NCBI RefSeq assembly: GCF_964204645.1
Contig: NC_134026.1
Coordinates: 27,128,150 to 27,192,149 of the forward strand
Source of the DNA: Tubulanus polymorphus
Lineage: Eukaryota > Animalia > Nemertea
Length of the DNA stretch: 64,000 nucleotides
Direction: 5' to 3'
A model generated the notes under the pieces. It saw only the letters and a program-made list of their open reading frames with translations, did no database searches and had not been told where the DNA came from. Below are positions 55,121-64,000 of this stretch, piece by piece; the stretch's first letter is position 1; each line of letters starts with the position of its first letter. A program made the translations under genes and the position numbers.

Positions 55121-58100
55121 ATGACAAAATTATCCGACATGGATTCCTCAAATGCGGGGATAGAAGGGCTTATGAGAAATGAACAGCGTCAAGAGATGCA
55201 GGAAACAAGCCCGACGCTTCCGAGATCAGTGGCTGCTACTGGCTCGTCCTCTTCATGTCAAGCTCTGAAACATGCAGTGTCAACATTAAACCGTTTAGAC
55301 GACTTTGCTTGTGAACTGATTGGTACAGGATTCTTCAGTGAAGTTTTCAAGGTAAATTTCACTTTGTTTCATATTTAGAGTTGATTCTGTGTGTCTTGAT
55401 TCTGTAGAATTTATTTCAATTTTTTTTGATTTCGCTTCTATCGACTTGATCAAAGAGAGTGAATTGAATCCAGTCTAAACCACAGCCTACTTAGGCTTAC
55501 TACTATGTCACCAAGGATAGGTAACACTGGATTAGGGCGCTTGATATCCTATTGGCCTGAATTACATCATAATACGCGATTTATTTTTGACTACAGAGTT
55601 AAAGACTAGCCTAATAGTTTATTTTCATTTATATAATTCTTTGCTGAGTTGGGAACACCAGTTGATCAATTGTTGAATCCTTATTTAAAATCATAAGATT
55701 CTTGAATTTTCTAGATTTAGGCTAACCTTTAGACTATAAATGTGTCTGAATCCAGATTATCGTGAAACTGTACAGGTATTTGAGTTGTCTACACCTGAGT
55801 GTGGTGTGTAGGCTGACTACCTCACGCATATAAACCCACACAGCGTCTATATTAATATATATCCATGTTTCCACTACTCTGGCTTCCAGCCGAAGATTCA
55901 CTGTTTGTGTTTCAAGCACTCAGGTACTGAACGCTACTACTGAGATATACATGATGAAGTCTACTGTCTTGTCGGTTAACCATCTATATTTTTCATAAAA
56001 ATATTTGCCTAGGCTGCTGAGATTTTATAATGATAAATAGAAGCTTATAGTCTATGTTATTATAGGTGTTTTCACTACCGCTAGTATGAACACATTGATT
56101 AGCTCTGTAGCAAATTTTCATTCAAGTCTAGTATGAGCTAGGAAAAAGCATTTATTGCCGCCGAGGAGTTCAATTCAAACAAACCCCATTTGACAAGAAG
56201 CGCCTTGAGGTCTTTTTTGAATAGCGCGGATGACTGCTTTTTTGCAGACACATTTCCGAGGGAGGAGGGACAAAAATTTGATAACCTATTTTTTGCCTAT
56301 ACCACCAGACAGAATATCTCAGAATATGGAAAAAATAGAGATAAAAATGTGATGTATATTTATCAAACATAGGCCTGTTTTATGTATAAAATAAGCTGTG
56401 ATTGATCAGAATTGTCCGCAAGTTACAAACTCCTTTCCTGAGTCAATCGATATCTGGCACATTGGCCTCACAGTCAAATATTTCTTCAACCTCTTGAAAT
56501 TGGATGACTGATTTTAACAGGCAAATTTCCAGGGAATGAGGGAATTATTTTTATTGATTCCATCAGCAAATCCCTCTTTTGAAATAAACTACACCTAAAT
56601 TTGTGTCAGTAAATAATGATCATCATGGCTAGTGATATAACCATCTTACATAAAATCAAATGGATTTTACGTTTATCTATGTCTCTTACTGATTAATCTG
56701 GACATTGGACAACTACACTATATGATAGAATCTCACAATATAAAAGAAACGTCCACTAGCTCGAGGAAAACTCGAGGAAACTCTTCGACTTGGTTTTCTT
56801 TGATGTCGTGAGATTCTATTGTAAAGTGTTATAACACAGAGTCGTGTTTCATCAAGATTAGTGGACTTACATTTTGAGGTTTAAATCTCATTGTTCCCAC
56901 CAATAGTTTAAAATTGATTGAAATTATTTCGATAAATCATTTCATTTTGATAATTTCACATCATCTGTTGTTGGATGAGTGATCGCGCACTTATTCTAGG
57001 ATTATAGAGATTCACTCTTTCCGAGGTTTACCACCGTTTGGTTTAGTTAATCTCTGTTGCATGCATAGTAACGGATTTCCGGTATCTATTGATTCGTTTG
57101 TCACGAACGGCATTTTTGAAATTGATAATTTTAGGTCACGCATCGCATCACGAACAAAGTCATGGTGCTGAAGATGAATAAAAGTGTGAGCAATCGGCCG
57201 AACATGTTGCGAGAAGTGCAGTTAATGAATCGTCTTTCTCACCCAAATATTCTTAGGTATGTAATCAAAAAGAAAAGAAAAATAGTAGAACCATGAGATA
57301 CCGCAGGGAAGCCACTGACCTCGACAACATGGAAAACTCAGGCAATTTGACCAATTTTAATGCCAAAAACTGGAAAATTCAGGGAATATTCGGATGCCAT
57401 TGATTTACCATGCGTTTGTTTTGTCAATAGGCTGATGTGATTCGGGAATGAATCGTAGCATTTCAAGCCAAGAAATAGCTCTATATTCATCGGGGAAATT
57501 TTGCGTTAAACATGAAAACCTAGGGAATTTATAAATGGTTGGAAAGTGGCTACCCTGGATGGGACTGTTCTCCATACTTGATTCTCGCCTAATTCGCTGC
57601 AAATCTATATTGGTCGATATTATAACCCGGGTATCCCAGTAATTGATATTTGCTCTCCCGAGGGAATTGTGATATCTGTCATTTTGTTAATAATTTATTG
57701 AATTGTTGCCCTGAATTCATCTACCGCCTTTACGAGATGAGATTCCAAAGTCAAAGTGATTAATATTTTGGGAAAATTCTTCAGATTTTATTTTCGGGTA
57801 TATGTCCGATTGAAAACGTTTTGATATTTGAAGTCATAGACGTTTTTTCATACGAAATAGACATGATATGAAAAATTAATTCACAATTAGGCCCTACCAA
57901 GCGTTGAATATGATATCGTGACACGTAGTCGTTTGTTTTCAGGTGAGTTGTTCGGTATTGATTTCCCTTGATATTACAGTTTTAATATGGTTAATTGATT
58001 TGTATTGCAGGTTTAAGGGTGTTTGCGTTCACGAAGGACAGCTTCATGCATTGACAGAGGTATGCCCCGCGTGTAGTGTAGATATACTTCATTTTCTAAA

Positions 58101-61100
58101 CCCACTTACCCTGATTCAACTATGCATACACTAGCATTCCCAAATCATGATACTTAACAAACAGTCAGATTTTATTTCAAGTCGACGAGTTCAGTATTCA
58201 ACTGAAATAAAGTCATTTCTGGTATTCAATTGAATAAAAGATTACGCAAACAATTTACAATATTTTTAAATAACTTTAGGTCAGCCTTATGCCATGAGTA
58301 ATAATATGTACGTATGAAAGTAGGATGTATGTTTTGTGTTTTACATCCTTGTATGATATGTAAATATAGACATGAGTTATAGATGTTTTTATTCATTCAT
58401 TATTGTCGTTGAATGCAACATCCTTTTTCGAGTATACTAAAAAATGTAATTGACCGCCATTTGTTAACGATAATATAGAAAATTATTTTTGAAGTGGAAA
58501 ATTTATTAGTGATCTATTTCAAATGCTTTCATTGAATATTTGTGAATGTCAAGTTAAGCTTCTTAAATTATATCTCTACTTCTGATAATACTGATATACA
58601 AGATAAATTTCCTCTATGCTTTATGTCGGCTGTACTAGTGACGTCGAGCATTCTTTCATTTAATGAATACCTTCATAAATTTCTAAACCTACACATGCGT
58701 ACCCAGAAAATACCGCCATAATAAAATGATAATAAAACTTTCATCAAAGTTTATATGAAATCATAGCACTTAATGGCTGAACTATAGAGTAGTGTTACTT
58801 GTTTAACGCGATTGAATAACTTTTCTACTTTAAAAGATTGTTTCTAAATTCTAAGGCTGTTGCACTTATATGAACCGGCCAAGCTTCTAAATACAGATAG
58901 CTGTAAATGATTAACCATTCAAATCTGGCGAAAAACATAAATCTATCGTTTCTGTATTGCAGTATATCAATGGAGGCAGTTTGGAGCAGGTACTAGCAGA
59001 TAAAACCACTCCATTACGTCCATGGAACGTAAGACTTGGTCTGGCTAAAGATATCGCCATGGGAATGGGTTATCTACATTCTAGGGGTATCTTCCATAGA
59101 GACCTTACATCTAAGGTAACAGAAGAAAAATGTTTTAAGCAGAATCATTTAAAGAAGCTTATGTAAAGAAATAATTGTTCTTCAGTTATATGTTTACTGT
59201 AGTTTACCAGTATTTGATTAATGCTTAGAGAAAATTTTAAAATCCTCAGACTGAAACATTTGCGTAATAAATGACATTCCTTCATGTATATAATACTATT
59301 AGTATTTACTACACATAACTGTTGGATTAGGCTGAAATATTTGCATGTTGTTCAAGTATTATGCTGCTGTCATAATAGCTTTTCATGGATATTTACACTC
59401 GAATTGGTGCAATAGCTGAATTTACTTTCTTTTATAATAGAGTTGTGAATTTCATTAATTCTTATCATTTTGAATTACATTGTATTATTTGTATATGTTT
59501 TAGAATGTTTTGATAAGAAGAAATGATGATGAATTAACAGCTATTGTCGCTGACTTTGGATTGGCAGCAAAAATCCCAGATCCTCTGTATGTATACAGTT
59601 ACTATGTTTGTTCAGTGCTCATTATGTGGGTACTGCAATTTACTAGTCAAACTATTTCATTGTAAACAAATGGTTTTACTGCAATATAGTTTTCATATCT
59701 AACTTGAATGAATTGGGATGGTAAATTGGATTAAGCCATTATTGCTGTAAATATATGACACTCAACTTGTTGACAATGGTGATGTCCAATTGAGAAAAAT
59801 CTTATTTTGAATTTTTTGTTAACCGAGGATGGGATTTTTTTGCAGGAGTTGCACTCCCTCGAGTTTGTCAGTTGTGGGATCGCCTTACTGGATGGCCCCT
59901 GAGTGTCTCAAAGGTGAACAGTATGATGAAAAGGTATTTACTCTCCTCGCACCTGTGATAACGATACATGCTGTTTCCTGTCGTACAGGAAGATGGCAGC
60001 ACCTATCTTGATGAAATTCTCATAGATGGCAGCTGTTTTTAGTTCATTTTTCATTGTTTTCTACAACAGGTTTTAGAAGGGTGGCCATCCCTGTCATTTC
60101 TACATTCACCCTTCTGAAAATCAGCCACCCTTTATAAAATATCTGCTGCTTTTACCAGAAAAAGAAGATTACACCAAAATTAATTTAAAGTTTCTACATT
60201 TTTTGGGGGATTGAATCTACTTCAGAAGCCAAAAAGTCATACACTTAACAATGATGGCAGCCCCTTTATGATTCCAGCATATGGAGAACATTATTTGAAT
60301 TTGAATTTTCAGACTGACGTCTTTTCGTATGGGATCATATTGTGTGAAGTTATTGCCAGAATAGAAGCAGACCCTGACATACTGCCAAGAACCAGAGTAG
60401 GTACCCTTCTTATCGACTTTGATTCATTGATATAATTAACAAATACATGTATTTCATTCTCTTACTTTTAGAATTATGGTTTGGACTATGTAGCATTCAG
60501 TAATATGGTCGATGATTGTCCTATTGACTTTTTGCATCTAGCTTTTCGGTGTTGTCAGGTAATTTGATTCAGTAATGGCTCCAAATTAGAATTCGTGAAA
60601 GCTTTGAGACTGAACCATAATGAATATACCAGGGTATTCATTGGTATACTTTAGATTGATCCAAAAAAGAGGCCATCATTTGTTGAAGCAAGTGGAGTAC
60701 TTGAGGAAATTGAGACGGATATGTTGGATATCGAACCACCTGATATGAGTTTTGTCAGTTTAGCAGAAGCTGCTGATGGCCTTCTAGCAAATGGAAAATG
60801 TAAGCATTGCAAGATTATGTACCGATGCATGATGTTGTCAGAGATTTTAGCTGCATTTTGGTTATTTTTCTAGTTATAAGGGGACACAAGAGATCACTAT
60901 CAGATGAAACGTCTTTATCGCCTACATCATCAACCCCTCCGAGCGAACCGGATAATTGGTTACAAACCCCTTGTTTGTCTAGCATTCGACGATTCTCATT
61001 AGCTCCCGGTTTAGAGGATGCTACTCCACAAACTGTCGGCACCGTGATGAGCAAAGAGGATCCATTTTACACGCCGCATAAAGCCAATCCGTTTGCTTCC

Positions 61101-61709
61101 CTGAAAAAGTTTCGCGATGGTCGTAAAATATTAGGATCAATGAAAGACTCACAGTATTACTTGCCATCTCCGTCCATTGCTCAAACCCCACCCTGTACAC
61201 CGATTAGCCCTGAAGATGTTGCGCATTCACTCGTTCACAATAACTTGCAGTGGCGACGTAAATGCCGATCATTACCATCTTCACCAACTTCTCTACGTCG
61301 TATTGTGAGACAAGATCTCTCATCACAGGAATCCTATCATCAACAGCTAACTGCTCGACAGAGGTCTGTGTCTGTGACTAAACCACCTAAACTACAAAAA
61401 CAGCGCAGTTTATCGTTGTCTGATCATTCGCACGATTGTCTCCTTATCATTGACAAATCGGATGATGTGTCACAGGAATCCAACAGACATCGAAATTCGC
61501 AACGTAAAACACCGATGAAGAGGTATCTCGGTCGATCAAAAACTGCCAACTTGGAATACACACGATCGGTTCTTACTGTATCTAAAGAAATAGATGAAGC
61601 AGTGACACTCGATCCTGTGCATAATAGAAATAAACTCGAAAGCAAAAATCCAGTGCAATCTCAACTGTTCAAAGACTCTACAAAATCTAGTCCAATTAGT
61701 GGCCACTAA
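55121..61709 (+). CDS. TESK2: Dual-specificity testis-specific kinase (TESK1/2, LIMK family; cdi-like), multi-exon
   Basis: [115 protein letters not shown], and the 14-3-3-type motif RKCRSLP. Probably co-orthologous to TESK1 and TESK2. Confidence 0.95.
57304..57557. mobile_element. MITE with CAGGG termini in a TESK intron
   Basis: CAGGGAAGCCAC...GTGGCTACCCTG (11/12 inverted) with internal GGAAAA..CAGGGAATT repeats. Confidence 0.65.
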
Positions 61710-64000
61710 TCAATGCACTTTTCCCTTCAAGTGAATGAATTACATGTATTTCACATTGTTGAAGGTGCAGTTTAGAAATCTTCACTATTACTATGCATGA
61801 AAATCTTTTTCACAGAGTTGCATTTGTGATTACAATACACTAATAAGTTTTTTGAAAGAATACTGGTGGTGATATGTGTGACATTATAGGTCTTCCAAAC
61901 TATTTGATCTTAATGTTTCCTTCAAGAATATAGATACTGGTATTAATGGAATTGCACACTTCTCTTGCAGAAGGGATTCATTTCAAATTGTAAGCTATTT
62001 CATCGATTAGGTCTATCTATTTCAAAGCTGAATTTTATCTGAATTTGAAAACGCTGCCAATGGAATATTTTCTCACTTGCTATATATTTTTGGCAGCACT
62101 TATATGGGTACCATTTTTTTTTCCAGCTGAACACTTCTAGACCTCTACCTTACCTCACAAAAATTATAAAAGGTAGATTTTTCTCATTTTTAATATGGAG
62201 ATTCTTGCTTTAATATTATTCAAGAACTTCTTCAAAAGGTTCTGGAGTACAATCATATGCAGTAAATTCTAATTGACGTACTGCTGCAGAGACATGGGTT
62301 ACACTGTATACTATACTTAATAATTTGTGCATTTTGAAGTTGGTGCAAATACCGGTACTGTACATTTTGGTTATAAAAGAATATTAATAATGGATGTGTA
62401 TTATAGATTTTGTATTTTGCTGTGTATAATATACTTTGTTTAAGCTGTTTATATTTTGTATATTTAATCTGGTTGTTATATGTTAATATGTTGATTACTA
62501 AATATAGCTTTGCTGCCATATTTCAGGGAAGAATCATGTTTCATAACTGAACATTTGTACATATTTACAGTTAATTGTTGCCTACTTAAAACTGAGATAA
62601 TGACTCTACAATTTCATGATTAAACTACCTGTTATGGATTATGAGATACCCTGTACATGTATGAAGGAATATGAATAGGTATAAAGACATATCAAACATT
62701 TGGAAAATAGTTGCATATCAAACAGGCATGTGCAATCAAAACTAAATTCACTGGTTGTTATATATTTACGTTGTGAATTCCAAAAGTTTCCTTTTAAATG
62801 TTAATTTAGGAATAGTTATATGTATAGGATGAACGGACGGTATTTCAGGATATATGTGCCATGTTAAGTAGGTAGAATGACTCTAGGAATTTAGGAAAAA
62901 CTAGTGTTGAATGATATAGGCTTTGATGGAAATATGAATGTGTAAGTAGTAGAACGTGATCACTGTCAGTACCTGGTGCTAATCCATTTAGCATGTTGCT
63001 TTAATGAATGTTATGAAGTTTAAAAGTAAAAAAGGTTTACAGTGGTGCAATTGTATATAAACATGTACATAAATAACGCATAGATTGTTCATTATTTCAT
63101 TGATCGTTTCAATATTTCATTGTCCATTATGTATTCCCTCCAATGCTTTTCCGTGATAGAGTTTTAGATACAGATATTTCTAGCGCTCAAAATTGTACTC
63201 GTAATTAATTCAAAATTATAGATCGCATTCTATGAAAAATATTGTTTTTCATCTCGCGTCCACAGACTCTTGATTTTGGCACAAGCATCTCTTTTGAGCT
63301 TAAAAGCTGATTGATTAATTGCTCAATCTTTCAACAACTTGTTCCAATTTATTTTCAATGATGACATCAAAATATAGTTATTTATTCAGGAATCTAGCTT
63401 CAAATTCCCTTTAACCCACTCATACGTCGAGTAGTTTAGGCCACTGTGATGATTGTGAACTCTCTGTATTTCCACTGTTAAAAGATAGCAAATGTGTATA
63501 CATAAATTCTCGTATCTAAAAGTATTAATAATATGATGATAATGATTATATATAATATGGATATTCATATGTAAACTCAGTAATTTATTGTTCTATGTTT
63601 CTACCTTGTACATTGACAAGTTGTTTTTTTTTCTAATAAAGAACTACAGACAAATAAATGTTATTTGTTGACTTCAGTAACTAGCCTAGTAGGATGTTTG
63701 GAGTCAGACTTGGGCTGCTTGTTAATCTGACCTCCATTACTCCAAGATCTGACATTGCTGATACGTGATATATCGTGAAATAAACGCCTCAAGGATTAAA
63801 AGTCGGAATTACTGTTTTGTTTGTTTACAAACACTTTTAGCACATGGCTAAACCCGGAAGTGAGTGATGTAATCCGTTGAATCGTGTCCTTTCATTCGTT
63901 CGTCGGCGATCCTATCGACGAATCAACAAAGGCCTAACAACACATTAAATATCAGTCCGCTTTTGTTTAGAATAAAAATATATTTTCTAATCAAACAGTA

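Overview
This is eukaryotic, AT-rich, gene-dense animal DNA with many 60-120 nt spliceosomal introns. It looks like a non-insect invertebrate, possibly lophotrochozoan, but the taxon is my inference. I can support eight protein-coding genes, left to right: NOL4-like (-, first coding exon only), a ZAD-like plus 3x C2H2 zinc-finger gene (+), PX-domain kinase SGK3 (-), H3K79 methyltransferase DOT1L (+), EFCAB7 (-), symplekin (+), Raver (-) and TESK kinase (+). Strands alternate strictly. Several short MITE/SINE-type elements lie in introns and intergenic DNA. The top finding is in DOT1L: two tandem, intact, paralogous 107-nt exons (24456-24562 and 24954-25060) encode the catalytic-core segment that includes the W305 loop. 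Their frame forces mutually exclusive splicing, and each is preceded by an intronic hairpin. Other notable points are a 13-unit SIM-like/SQ tandem array in the symplekin tail, a ZAD-like domain in an apparently non-insect animal, a candidate recursive splice site in TESK, a GC-AG intron in EFCAB7 and a 37-bp inverted-repeat insertion with a 7-bp target duplication. Gene calls rest on remembered protein motifs; no database search or RNA folding was run.
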